DNA of 64,000 nucleotides from positions 806,001-870,000 of the forward strand of contig OZ374562.1 in assembly GCA_977862235.1 (NCBI GenBank). Reading direction: 5' to 3'. Below, piece after piece: positions 24,588 to 36,741 of this stretch (the first letter of the stretch is position 1; each line of letters begins with the position of its first letter). Below the pieces are notes generated by a model. The model worked only from the letters and a program-made list of their open reading frames with translations, was not told the DNA's origin and did not search any database. The translations under genes were made by a program, and so were the position numbers. Source of the stretch: Dudresnaya verticillata. Lineage: Eukaryota.

Positions 24588-26865
24588 CCATCTCGGAATC
24601 ACACCCTCCCGTCGCTGCAGGTACGCGGCCGCGCGGTCAGTATGACACACATCAGAATAGCTGCAGCTGCGTCCCTGCCCAACCCCCCCTGCGCATCACA
24701 CCCACACCCCCAGCTGCCTGTGCCGCGCTGAGCAGACTGCAGTGGCAGCGCAGTGTCGACGTCCGCCTGGTGTGGTCGAGGTCTGCCGCGTCTGCTGCTG
24801 CGCTAAACGAGCGTAGGCGCGCGCAATACGCTCCCATCATCATCGCGACATACGCTCCCACAGCTGCCGCGCCCACGCCTCCGTCTTGCTTCCGTGTTGC
24901 CTAATATGGAACCGATGTGTATGGGTACCTCTTAGTACAAGGCGGCACTACGAGTTCTTCGCAAGGACACATACATCGATGTAGTTCAGCTGGCCGAGAC
25001 TCATGAGGAGAGGGAGCGCTAACCCTTCAAGCTGGCTAAGGAAAAGGTTGCACGTCGGTGATCAAGGCTTCCCAGCACACCAAGCTTCCTCAAAACGATT
25101 TGGCCATATACCTCGGTCCAACTATGGGAGTGTCGATCCGCCGTAGAGTCTCGGCGATATGAGGCACGTAGCAAACCATGGAATGGGATGCTCGCACAGC
25201 TTACTCGTCAACTGCCCATGGAGGCACGCTCAAAACAGAATGCGGCAGCTGCGAAAACCGAGGAACAGGTATTTTCAGGCTGGGGTAAGCACTGCAATGA
25301 TGCTGCAAGAAAGGCACTAAGCTCACTACGCCGACCGAAGAAAAACGTCCCGAGTCCGCTGGTCGATCAGACTTGCAAGGCTCTGAGAGCGCTTCAGCTG
25401 AAGCGCTTAAGCGATTCTAGAATCGGGACCACCGACGATGAGCGGGGAAGAGTTTGGCATAGCTGCACCCCAAATCGTTGCTGCTCGAGTGCGGATTATT
25501 GAAAGAAATTTGTCTGGAGATGATCAGCGACATGTTCGATGGAAACGTCATTGGCATTGAATGCCGCAACAAACGAAGGAGTGACGACCGAGTCAACGTC
25601 TAGACATGGTGGTGAGCTTTTCCGAGGTTTGTTTCGGAAACGGCGTTAACAAGTGTGTAAGCCTATCCCTTTTATCCTGTATTGTGTTATTCGAGTTCAA
25701 TTCGGCAGTGTAAACACGTCATCCACATGTTTTCTGGGTTCACCGCGTTGTTGATGTCAACTTCGCAGTGCCTGCCAGGCACCCAGTGGGTGGCACGCAT
25801 ATCATTGCTTGTTTCTGCGGACAAGCAAGTGATCCCTGTAACATTATGCTTGTTTTCCTATCGCATGTACGTATCGCACGTACGGATAGGACAATCATGA
25901 TTTGTCGTTTTGGAGAGCTTGCTCCTTGAACGAAGATCAGTGGGAGGACTGGCAGGAAATAGAAGCTTTCCTCGGCGGCTGTCGCAATGAGAACGAGGTT
26001 GCGAAAAGGTGCAATCTGGGGGATGTGCACAGTACAAACAGATTTCCTTGTTCAAAACGAAGGTGCACGCAGCAACAATCTAAGCAAAAATACCGAACCC
26101 AACCTTTTGGGGTGTCCTCTCAATAGAAGATATGTTCTCTACCTGTGTTAATCGAAGAAGTTCGGTATGCGCTGCATGGCCCCCGCCCGGTGATGGCAAG
26201 GAAGTGACCGTGCCTACCCAGTAGTCAGAGGTTCTCATGGACTCACATGGGTGTGATTACGGCAGAGGCCCATATGCAGCGGTTTTGTGTCGACAAGTAT
26301 GTCATGGCGTTTGAGAAGGTTTTTGATGCGTTCTGCGAACAGGCATTTGATGGGAGACTCTCCCAACTCTGAGTTCGAGAACTATATATATCCTCTTGGA
26401 TTCACAGCAGCCAGGAAATGCACCTTGAAGGTGCATTTCCTGACTGCTTTTGCGAGAAAGGACAGACTGAGAGTCACTGCCCGAACGAGCACGTTGTAAA
26501 ACACAAGTTGTCCCTATTGAATACAATAAAGATTGTCAAGGTGGTAGTTGAGAAAGTGTTGCATCGTGCTACACGACAATCTACACGACAATATGTGTGT
26601 AGCCAACCAGAAGTGTGCCGGCACTATCTACGCATCATTAAAGTTTTATGTGTCTTGATACAACAACCGTCTATCTCACAAACTGCGAGAAGAGACACGC
26701 CACGCTCCCAATACGCGCTCGCCTGCGGCCGCCAACCGCAAATGCAACAGCGGCGCAATGCGCAGGCTGACCGACCTGAGCCATCTCGATAGCTCACTTG
26801 GATATGAAATGTGCAAGACTCCAAATGACCCACCAGAAGCGTAAACAGTTTTATGGTCTATCGTG

Positions 26866-29861
26866 CTACGATTTCTGTAGGGAGTCTCGTATTTTCTTCT
26901 TAACTGCTTGCGGAAGGCATCTATTAGACAGCTTCTCAAACTCAACGAGGACAGACACGGCATCAACATCGTCAGTCCATGCCTTCTTGATTCTGGCGTA
27001 GACAGAAGGGCGATATTTACCGTCCCACGCGTCCTGTCCTGAACCAACCTCATACCACCTGATTGACAGGGTGCAGACGACACCCGCGCTATCCTTCTTC
27101 CAGCCCTGTACCTGCGCAATCCAGAAAGGCACATTATTGTCCTTAATGTTCAGGACCACGAAACGGTTGACACCATACGTCAAGCCAGCACGCTGAGTCT
27201 CGTGCTCAGCGTCATCCTGCTACTCGGCGTCTCTATGTGCATCCTCCCCCAGTTCACCATCGCTTTCGACAACTTGCTCCGACTTTCTATATACACCCTT
27301 CTTCTCGAACACCTTTGTCAGGTCCCAATGCAGAGGCTCCTCGCGATCGCGGAAGACCTCATTGCGCAATTTTTGCAATTCCTTTAGCTTCGCGGAGTCA
27401 TTGATTCGTAGTTCCTCAGAGTGTAAGCGCTTGCTTACTTCTTCTTTATCTGGAGGGGAGATTATCGCAGTGGCAGGTGTCTTTCCCAATTCGGGTGGGA
27501 ATAGCAAGAATCCTTGTTGAGGTCCCTTTGTTTTCAACGCCTTCCACGAATCATTGCAACCCACTCGTACCTCACACTTCGTCTTACAATAAGCTGCAGT
27601 AGAGCCAGGGTCCAGTTCCGATCTGGAAAATTTGAAGTAGCGAAAGTGGGAGAAAGGCTGAACCCCCCCAATACACTTTTCCTGTTTGCAGAGTCCGGAC
27701 CAGTTCGCGATGCGTCGCATGCGCGTCACTATGGGCTTGGGGGTGAATGATTGACGAAGTTCCTCCATCAAGTCATGCATGGTCACTGCGTCGTGGACTC
27801 GAAGCCTCCTGGAGGTGCAACTAAATGTTTGGTCGATATCGGCATTTGTGTGCCCGATTGGCAAGAAGGACATATGCACTTCAGTGAATACCCCCCACAA
27901 CACGAGCGACTCCAAATAGGCGAGTAGGAATGCATTCTTTTTCTCTCGTGTACAGTTGTCTCCTTGAAGAAATAGAGAGTACCACGCACCTCCCCTCTAT
28001 CCCATTTAGTTGATAAGACACGGTGCAACGACTCAACGATATGGTTTGCAGCGGATTCGAACTCACCAGTCATTGTCAATAATGAAAATCGGTCTGCACA
28101 ACCGTGGTCCAGTACTCCTATCAATTTTTGCTGCCAGCGCGTGGCCTGTTGTCGCTTTCGATCGAACATGGAAGTGTGGTAGACCGTAAGCTGACTGATC
28201 AGCACCATCGATAATAATGGAGCAATAGCGTGTCGGCGAGAGTTTCGCCATATCGCATTTCTTCCGGTACTCGATTCTATCTTGCCTTGCCATCTCTACA
28301 TGCCGCCTGCGGCGCTCTCTAAAACCCTCCGTCGTCGTCTGGTCCGCACCCCTGACGTCATGCGGGCAAGTTGGGCCCTCACAGTCTCTCACTCGGCACA
28401 CTTCGCGAATCGGTGGGTTTTGCGCACTTTGATCCTTGCGCAATATGTAGTCCAAACAGTGTAAAAGTAGCTCTGAGAGGGCGGCGTCTATCCTCGGTAC
28501 AATTTGGCAAGCTCACGCACAAAGACATCGTAGACCGCCTGCTTTTGAAAGAAGGGAAGATGGAGCTCATCTCTGTCTGGCATTGCGTCAGATGTGGCTT
28601 CGGCTAACCGCTCCAAGAAACTCACAATAAGTTCAAGAGAGTCTGTTGAAGCATCTCGCGAGCTCTGTCCGGGGCCAGTTCGCCTTCGGGCCTGTCTTGT
28701 CCCTTTCATCGATGATTGCAAGTCTCTCGAAAATCCAAATGCCCGTTCCAGAAATGTGTAACACACCAGCCTAGCGTTGAAGAAGTATATATTCGAGTTG
28801 CGTTCCAACAGGCTTCGTAGATATGCCTGCCGAGCTACCCCATTCATTGCAATTGTACGCCTCGCTTTCTCCTGAACATATATGCTCTCGATTGTTGCAA
28901 AGCATTGTTTGGACTGACAGCATTCCCACGATGAGACGTTTGTGCTCTCAAGGTCTTCGAGCAGTTTCCGGCGCTTGCTGGCCATCAATGGTGCAGTGTG
29001 GTTGCCTCTCGGCCTGTTGTGATAGGCGTAGCGTCGCTTCTGTCGGGTGTTCTGTTCTGTTATGTGCATGTCCTCATCTTCCGGCCCTGGGATGGCAGCA
29101 GCATTTGTATCCGCAGGAGGGCTGGACCTTGCGTTTGGTTCCACTGGTCCTTCCGTTTCAGCCGCCTCCTCCGCCTCTTCAAGCGTATCGCTATCGTCCC
29201 CCTCACTCCCCGGTACATATGCCTCGTCACTAGATTCTTCTTCTTGCGGAGTAGGTCCATCTGCCAGGTTTAAAACCTGTGGCCGAGGTCGCCATGCAGG
29301 TCTGGTTCGAGGTGTTTACTGCAGAGGTCACGCGGATAATGCTGGCGACGGTGCAGTTTGCGGGGAATCCACAGTGAGTCTCGTTTCTTCTCTCCCAGCC
29401 ATGGGTGGTGTTTTCAAGGCCTGTTTACGCCTGTTTAGACGTGTCGCGGGGGTTGGTGTGTGAGGCTTACTATTGGAGCGGCTGGCAACGTGTTTGTTGT
29501 GCATCTGCGAAACGTCCCAAACATGCATTCCAACCTCAAGACCGCGAAGAGTAGCGCGTGGATCTTCAACGCCCTTGTAGGTGTAACGGTATGGCTTCGA
29601 AGCAAACGTTTCTTCTATCTTCACCTTGTAAATGACCGCCAATGTATGCCCTTCCTCCTCGACTTCTTGCAGATAATGCCCATATAGTCTAGTGCAATAG
29701 CATCCTGTACTGTCCGCTGCAATAGGCTCTGGCGGGGCGAGCGGCTCAGCGGTGCCGACTATCAGCCCTCTGTCGAGCAACTGAACTCGCCTTCGAGTAG
29801 GGGAAGTAGCAGTTTCCTTCCGCTCATTGCCTTTAGGTATCTCAACTAAAGATGTCGACAT
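26866..29861 (-). pseudogene. Sola-like DDD/E transposase pseudogene (~1000 codons)
   Basis: RFAKCAE (C2 motif), CSIIIDGADQ, LY-LQGDNCTREKKN, FLPIGHTNADIDQTFS; in-frame stops at 29328, 28488 and 27220 plus frameshifts. Confidence 0.8.
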
Positions 29862-30212
29862 TTCTGTTGCAACTCGTCAACAGTTACGGTCCCCGTTGCG
29901 GAGATCTCCTTCCAGCTGGTGAAACCACTGGTAATTAGTAGTAGGGACACGAGGGCAGGCGACGGCGCTGATGGTACGTCTGGGAGATATCGCTGAGTGG
30001 CGTGGAACCACCTGATTTGCCAGTCTGATTCTAGGAGGTTCTGATATTTCCAAAACGAGGGTTTTCAGAACGAGGGCACGCAACAGATCTTGACCTAGGG
30101 TGTCTGTGAAGATGGGCGGCGATGCCCTCGAAGCATAGGCAAGCACCACACACTGTAACGTGGCTGCAGTCTTATCGCTCTTTGCACTTTTGGCTGCTGT
30201 TTTGTTAATCCT

Positions 30213-31540
30213 GTGCTTCCATTTTCCCGTCGTTCCTGGTTCATACTAAGCTTAGAAACTGATGGCACAGCTGAGAAGCTGATACAGGAGCTTTTCAAGG
30301 CAGTTGGTGCATTTGGAGTGAAAGATTGTCACGAGGGCTGCGACAGGAACAAAACTTTGATCTGGTTATTCAGAACGCCCAAGACAGGTTCCAGCCATAT
30401 TGATGTCTGTTTGTTGTTGATGGAACCTGCAAGTCTAACTATCTTAAGAGAAACATCTTGATGCGAATTTCTATACTAGCAAGTAACTTTGGTCGTAAAT
30501 GTGAGGGAAGTCACCACCTCTATTCAGCAAGAGGTGAAGAGCTTGCGATTCAAGGGAACGTCGTTTCATTTGAGCAAAAGACGCTTTCGGCTGGGAAGCA
30601 CCGGGATAGATGGGAATCGGGGGATCGATCTAGTGCGTCAGACTGAAAGGAAAGCACAGGTGCTGCGTTGCTGAAGACTGTGTGCAAGATTGCTCGTATA
30701 AGTCTTTCTCACAGCGCCGAAAATTCGGTCCGAGCATGGTTCCGGTTGTACACGAGGTTGCTGAGAACAAATACCGCACAACTACAGAAGCTGATATATG
30801 AGGTTGAGATATGTGCCCCAAAGCCGCGGGATAAAGCGTTGAAGCCATGCTTAAAGGGAGAGAATGACGCACTTGTAGAAACGTTTCAAGTCCCATATGA
30901 TGTCATGAACGCATGCTGCAACGAAGAGAAAGTTGCCATGAGTCGAATCGTTGACTTCCAACTGCATTCGTGTGGTGTCAGGGTCGAACGATGGCTAAGT
31001 GCAAGTGTGGCATGTTCAGACTGGGCGGCTAACCCAAAGGCATGCTACGGGCCATACAGGCTTTGTCAAGAGTATGGCTGTAAGCAGAGACGGTGGGCGT
31101 GTAGGTTCTGGGTCATCTGACAGGGTAGTTCGTGTGTGGGATGTTGACCAAGGTTTGTTTGCCAAGGAGCCGCTGGGGGGCCACATGGACTGGGTTTATA
31201 GCGTGGCAGTGAGCCCGGACGGTGCCCGTGTCGTGTCACGATCTCCTGACAGTACAATTAGCGTGTGGGATGCTGAGGCCGGGAAGCAAGTTGGAAAGCC
31301 TCTAACCGGACCTGCTGGCTTGGTCTTGAGTGTAGTGATAAGCAATGACATTATTCGTGTCGTGTATTGTCCGGCTGAATTGATAGGACCGTTCGAGTCT
31401 GGGACGCAGAGGGAAAGGAACAAGATGGAGTGTCTACGACGGGTGGCATAGGCTCTGTGAGGGAGGTGGGGGTAAGTGGCTTTCTATTGGTTTCAGGGTC
31501 GCGTGGTGGAACAGTTCGACTTTGGAATGCAAGCACATGG
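30213..31540 (+). pseudogene. WD40-repeat gene fragment, likely from an NB-ARC/NACHT-WD40 (STAND) gene, carried in D
   Basis: GHTGFVKSMAVSRDGGRVGSGSSDRVVRVWD; GHMDWVYSVAVSPDGARVVSRSPDSTISVWD; preceded by helical region LKTVCKIARISL..WFRLYTRL..APKP. Confidence 0.8.
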
Positions 31541-31819
31541 AGAAGAAAATAGGCGTGCCACTGCTAAACTCAGAATTGAGTTTAGAGGTTAGCTCTGACT
31601 GCGCTCTAGTACGGTTTCCGGTTCCCAAAAACGTGCTCCAGTGTGGGTAGGGCTTTAGCCGTCAGCCCCGGTTCCGGTCCCATGCAACTCCAAGCGCTTG
31701 CTCTACAAACGTGCAAGCTAACGTACTTGAACCCCGCTCCTTCGCCGCGCAGGACGAGCGTTCATCGGGAGAATAATGCGCGCAGTCTGGCAGAAGCGAG
31801 GCCGGGAAGAAATAAATTT

Positions 31820-32192
31820 CAGTGTTGCAGTACTCTGAACGTGCAGTGTGACCTGTATCGAACTAACGAGTTGTTCTGCACGTTGCGGCAGCGTATGCTG
31901 TGCGACTGCAGCTTATACTGCGCGGTGAGGCGCCCATGGAAGTAGCCTAGGTTACCTCAAAATCCGAAAAAATATCAGAAATTACAGCAAAATTAATTAT
32001 TTCAGACTCGCTGCCGGGTTAGCACGCAAACCGACATAACTCGCGAACTACTGCTTAGGTTTCTATTACGTTTGCACTGGCTGTGCACTGGCGTGTTCAG
32101 GGGACGCTCCCCTTTCCAACGCATGTACTTTGGAAGCGTTTTATTTCAGTCTGCTTTTGAAAGTACATTCTAAAACGCGGGAAACCTGTGTT
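31820..32192 (-). repeat. Right TIR of D
   Basis: Ends ...GGGAAACCTGTGTT; inverted match to 19234-19579. Confidence 0.9.
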
Positions 32193-32496
32193 AAAGGCGG
32201 AGGGGGTTGTACCGAGTCAACGTCCGAGCGACGTATAACCGTCGAATGGCCACCGAAGGCGTCAACAATCTCGGGACTAACCATATGTGCCTCTTGAGCG
32301 CGTGAGCGAGTGGTGGGGGCCGTTATGGTCCGCGGTGTAGACGAGGTCTTCCTCGATTTCGACGGCCCCGTTATGGGAGAAGTGGAAATCCACGTACGGA
32401 CGTTCCGTAACTTGGTAGAATTACCGGCGGCTTCTCCGTGGGACCTTGATTAGAACGAAAGCGAGGTAGAACCTCTCAGTTGATACGAAGTGATCC

Positions 32497-32514
32497 TTCT
32501 AGGTCGGGGGACCA
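32497..32514 (-). promoter_or_regulatory. Primer binding site of C
   Basis: TGGTCCCCCGACCTAGAA, one mismatch to the E1/A/B PBS, 3 nt from the LTR. Confidence 0.88.
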
Positions 32515-32517
32515 CTT

Positions 32518-33185
32518 TGTAGTGCAACACCCAAAAACGGGGATTGCCTCAACCGTGTTTGACGCGGTCTCCCGCGGTTAGGTAGCAGGCGCCACGCGGT
32601 GAGGCGGGCGCCTGTATGGTGGTAGAGCAGCCGAGACACGGGGTGTGCCCAGGGGATAGTGTGACCGGGGTCGACTGAAAAAAACCCGATCCACCTGAAG
32701 TGCCGTACTGCAGTAAGCGTAGCGACGGCGATACACACCGGTAGGATGGCGCGGAAGAGGGACTCAGAACAGGGTACGTAGACTGCATTGCGTGCGGTGG
32801 TGACACCGGAAGAAAAGTCGGGGGTATCCTCAGCTTCAGAGACCAACTTGGCGCTTTATTGTGAGAGGGGTTTACCCCTTATACTAAGCATCCCCCGTGG
32901 GAGGTGCGCACGCGTGTCGGACGCTGTGCGCCTGACACGTGGCATGCGTGCGAACCGCGAGCTCACTAAAATATCGCGCAAAAATATCTAGCGTAGAAAT
33001 ACTACTACCGCACTGTAAATAAGTGTAAACTAAGGGTGCGTATTGCTGGCTTGCACCCGATTGACGACTCCCTCGGATATTATTGGCGCGCGTGTGCGCG
33101 TGTAAACGTGGATGATTGCGCACACGTGTGCACGTGTATGGCAGCGGGTGTCCGCGGGGAAACAGGGTCCGGGCGCTGCACTACA
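32518..33185 (-). repeat. 5' LTR of C
   Basis: TGTAGTGCA...TGCACTACA; visibly diverged direct repeat of 12957-13623. Confidence 0.92.
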
Positions 33186-33933
33186 TTGAGCCATGTCGAG
33201 TTCTTTCAACAGAGTTTTCGTCCTACCCGCTACAGTACACCAGAAACTTTTGGGAGCGTCTCTTGACGTGACACCACAGTCACAAGCTAATTCCATCCGT
33301 TCCACCCCCGCCACCCGAAGCTTCCACGAGCCCTGACGTCACACCTCGAGCCCATTGGCTACCATTCCCACAACGGACAAATCATCCCCAACAAACGGCC
33401 AAGCCACCCCGCGTCATGTGCTCCGCGTCGCCCGGCTCGCCGGGCCCGAGATCAACCCACAATGACGTAACGTCGAAACCCCCAGATCGAAAAAGAAATC
33501 TCCCAACAACCAAGCGACCTGACGCGAGATACACGTCGGTAAGCGTCAGAAACCAACCCAAGAAATTTAGAACTGACCAAGCCGCCCATGCTCTCCACAC
33601 CGCCGACGGCACCCCACCCGTTCCTCCACAAGTCCCCCACCCTACGCGCCGCCCTGGCGCAACCGATGCACGGAGTGTTTTTCTGTCACCTCTCAGAACA
33701 CGCACGCTCGACTTGTCGACATCGCAGCGCAGATCGACCCTGTCCTCTTCGACCCAGACACCCTCGCCTTTTGCGTTTGCCCTGTCTGCCCCAACCCGCG
33801 CCCATCCTCCCTCATACCGGTCCCTCTCCAACCTCCGGCACTCCGCTGCCGCATCTGCCAGTCCCCTTTCGAAGAAGCCGCACTACTCCGCGTCCTGCAA
33901 CTTGGTGACGCCCTACGGCACGCCTCGATCAAA

Positions 33934-35352
33934 ATGGCGAAGCTGCTGGAGAAGCCCCGCTCAACCTCGCGAACTGACCTGAGGGGCAGAGCAACCGACA
34001 CCGCCATTGCAAGCCTTGAGGCATCCATTCAGCGTCAGGAAACCGGTCTGCTTGAGACGAGAGCAGAGCTCTCCGCGCAGAGGGATTGCATGAGCGTGAT
34101 CGAGCGGAATCTGGACGACACGCGCAGGTTCCTGTCTTCCCGAATCGACGAAACGGCGTCTACCTTCCATGCCAAGATGGAAAACGTCTCGGACCGCATC
34201 GCAGATCAAATGCATTCTTCGGCACGAGAAGCGCGTGATGAAGCCGCTGAGCTGGCCAAGAAACAGACAGAGCACCTGGCGTCGCTCATCGCATGCCGCC
34301 CGAACACTCCCGAACCCACCGCCGCCAGCCGCGAAGCGGGACGGCCTAAACCCGGACCCGCTGCGCCCCGCCAGGACAGTGGGTCTCATGCTCCCTCTGT
34401 TCACACTCGCCGGCCGGTCTCTAAACCGAATCCGTCGGCCTCAGCTAACCGCGCTGGCCTGGAGGGCACGACGCCCGCATCAGTACCACCCCCAGCCAAC
34501 CCACATGGCCATACCCCATATCTCGATGCAGCACGTGCCCCTGCGCAAACCCGACCGCTTCCCACGACCATGGCTGACCTGCACACCATGTACGCTACCG
34601 ACCGCGACTCGAGTGGGGACTTGTGGGAATTGTGAAGCCCGCTCACAGTGTCGTACTTCTATTACGATAAATGGGTTCGTCTTAGCGACTTGCAACGCTG
34701 CATTCTCAATGATGTCCTACACGGCAATCTTCGTGCCCTCCGAAACATGTGCTACCACAGCACGACATCTCCCTATATCGTGGAAGTTGTCTACGAAGAG
34801 TCCGCTCACACTCTGCTCGCGGAGAAGCTACATCGATTCATGCGCCCTGTCCCGGGCCATTTTGACTCCCTCCACCCCCCCACAGACAGCCCGCCCTCCC
34901 TGGCCCCGGAACATCACCTTCTTAATGTTGCGACCCGTTGGTGGCGTAATGGCAAACTAAACCCGCATCTCCCCACTGCCATGTGGTACTAAGAACGCCT
35001 TCGTACACTTGTGGCCTTCCACCCCTCCGTTCGCCACCGCCTTCAAGCGCGTGTAGACAAGGATGGAATGGATCAGGCCCTTGGACTTCGCCAGCGTGGC
35101 AACCGACCCCGTGTCGTACACTCCTTCCACTGGGAGCGCGGAAATGTTCCTGACCCGTCCCTGGATGGCACGACAGTGCCCAAGCTTGTGGATGCAACCT
35201 GCCCCCCTCCGCCGCGGAGCCCGGATACGATGGTAATACAGCGGCCCCATCCCGCGGCCCACGAAAGTACCGATCGTACCTACCCCACCCTCCTGCCCCA
35301 AACAGTACTCCCCGACACATCGGGAACCCCAAACGCCCCCAAACTTGAATGA
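33934..35352 (+). pseudogene. LINE ORF1 (coiled coil plus C-terminal domain), with in-frame stops
   Basis: Same-frame ORFs 33934-34635, 34648-34992 and 35011-35352 directly upstream of ORF2; heptad-like IASLEASIQRQETGLLETRAEL. Confidence 0.65.
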
Positions 35353-35682
35353 TCGCTGGAACATGGAATGTTGCAGGGCTCGCATCTACCTTGCCGGATG
35401 TCATGGATCTATTAACGACTTTAAACCTCGGCGTTCTGATCCTCACCGAAACACATGTTCCTCCCCTTTGCACCCCCTCCCTCCCTCACCCCACGTTTGA
35501 GCTACCAGCGACAAGGGCTACTGCCCGCGGCCCATGGCTTGGGGCAAAGCAATTATCACTCGCCCGGAGCTGCGCGCTTCTCTCCGATACACCCTCACGC
35601 CACAGCCACCGCTCCACCCAGCGCTATATCAGTTACTGTGTATCCATCTTCCGGCCTATGGAGATATCGTCGGGGTTTACAT
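35349..35682 (+). pseudogene. LINE ORF2 5' part (AP endonuclease)
   Basis: GTWNVAGL..LILTETH; IVGVYI joins to SP.. after element A. Confidence 0.85.
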
Positions 35683-36518
35683 TGTGGTGCAAGGGGAGGG
35701 CTGCCCCTTTTTCGCTGTGAGCGTATTATATGCCATCGTCTACCGATGGCACGTCAACCGCCGTTGGCGCGCGAACACGTCATAGACGATTGGCCCACGG
35801 GCGTACGGCCGCCGTTACCCCGCGCGGCGCGGCGCACGCGCCCACTGTACGGCCGGATCCGGATACACGATCCCGATCGGTCGGGCGCAAGGCGCCCGCC
35901 TGTAAGCTTGGCCCGGATCCGGATCGGATCCGGATGGGACATCGAGATCCAGCATCCGAATCTACAGTGATGTAAGGAGCGCGCCTGTAATGGCCGCGCG
36001 CTAGCAATGCTGGCAGGGATCTGGATCCGAATCCGGATTCCTCACGCCGCTACACGCATGCGTCTGTAAGCTACCCTTGAGCTCCCGCGCACGCGGCTGC
36101 ATGGCGACGACGACTTGTCAGACACTCGACGGCGCGACACGCGTCCTGAGTTCCCGCGCACCGCACCTGCCGCCGTTGCTCGCGTAGTATATTAGGTAAT
36201 CCGTCTGAGACGCTGAGTAAACCCCGGACAAGCCGGCCTTGGTCCAGACTTCCCCGTTCCGCACGCGCGCATTCTACCGCTGCCTGCGGCTAAGCGTCTA
36301 CCTCCCGTGCTTCCACGTCTACCATCGTCCTTGACGTGTCCCCTTTCTCTTTCCCTTTTCCTTCCTTTCCGCCTCTGGCGTTTACAGTCCGCCCAAGGCG
36401 TGCCCCTTTGCTCTACTACCAAGTCGCCCACGGCGGGACTACCTACCGCCGAGGGCGCAGCTACCCACCGAGCCCCGAACTGCTCGGCGGTCCATCGTCT
36501 ACAGACTTTTGCACCACA
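35683..36518 (+). repeat. 5' LTR of A
   Basis: TGTGGTGCAA...TTGCACCACA; TATA-like TATATTA at ~36188. Confidence 0.97.
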
Positions 36519-36520
36519 TC

Positions 36521-36538
36521 TGGTCTCCCGACCTAGAA
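36521..36538 (+). promoter_or_regulatory. Primer binding site of A
   Basis: TGGTCTCCCGACCTAGAA 2 nt after the LTR. Confidence 0.92.
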
Positions 36539-36741
36539 TTGTGCTACGTTTCAACGAGTTACTCCGTCGTGCGACGTCCGACCCTTCGTCTCTAGACGTT
36601 TGTCGCTAATCGTCCACGACGTTCAAGCAACTCTACGATTGTATTATGGCCTCACGACCGCCGCCGTCGCGAGGCCCAAGTTCAAGAAGACCGTCTTCGA
36701 CGCCTGGGAGTGTACCCGCGTCAGAACGGTCGCTACAGCGG

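Larger units (their letters stand above)
19234..32192. mobile_element. Large (~12.96 kb) long-TIR DNA transposon D, Sola-like, with cargo
   Basis: Imperfect ~350-bp TIRs beginning AACAC; 4-bp duplication AAAG at 19230-19233 and 32193-32196; internal transposase pseudogene. Confidence 0.88.
12957..33185 (-). mobile_element. Ty3/Gypsy chromodomain LTR retrotransposon C, internally deleted, with DNA transposon D nested in gag
   Basis: Two ~667-bp LTR copies, PBS at 32497-32514, PPT at ~13624-13635, gag-PR-INT-chromodomain remnants; flanks GAAAC and TTGAG do not match. Confidence 0.85.

Noticed and set aside
25020..25500. Possible CENP-B/pogo-type HTH remnant (LPQNDLAIYL..; EEQVFSGW)
   Set aside because: Too degenerate and fragmented to support
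33186..33240. Continuation of the Harbinger transposase (near DGLKFP) after C
   Set aside because: Needs an indel, lacks the preceding GFID-type motif and there is no TSD
36521..36538. tRNA gene
   Set aside because: Only an 18-nt complement of a tRNA 3' end (PBS); no cloverleaf
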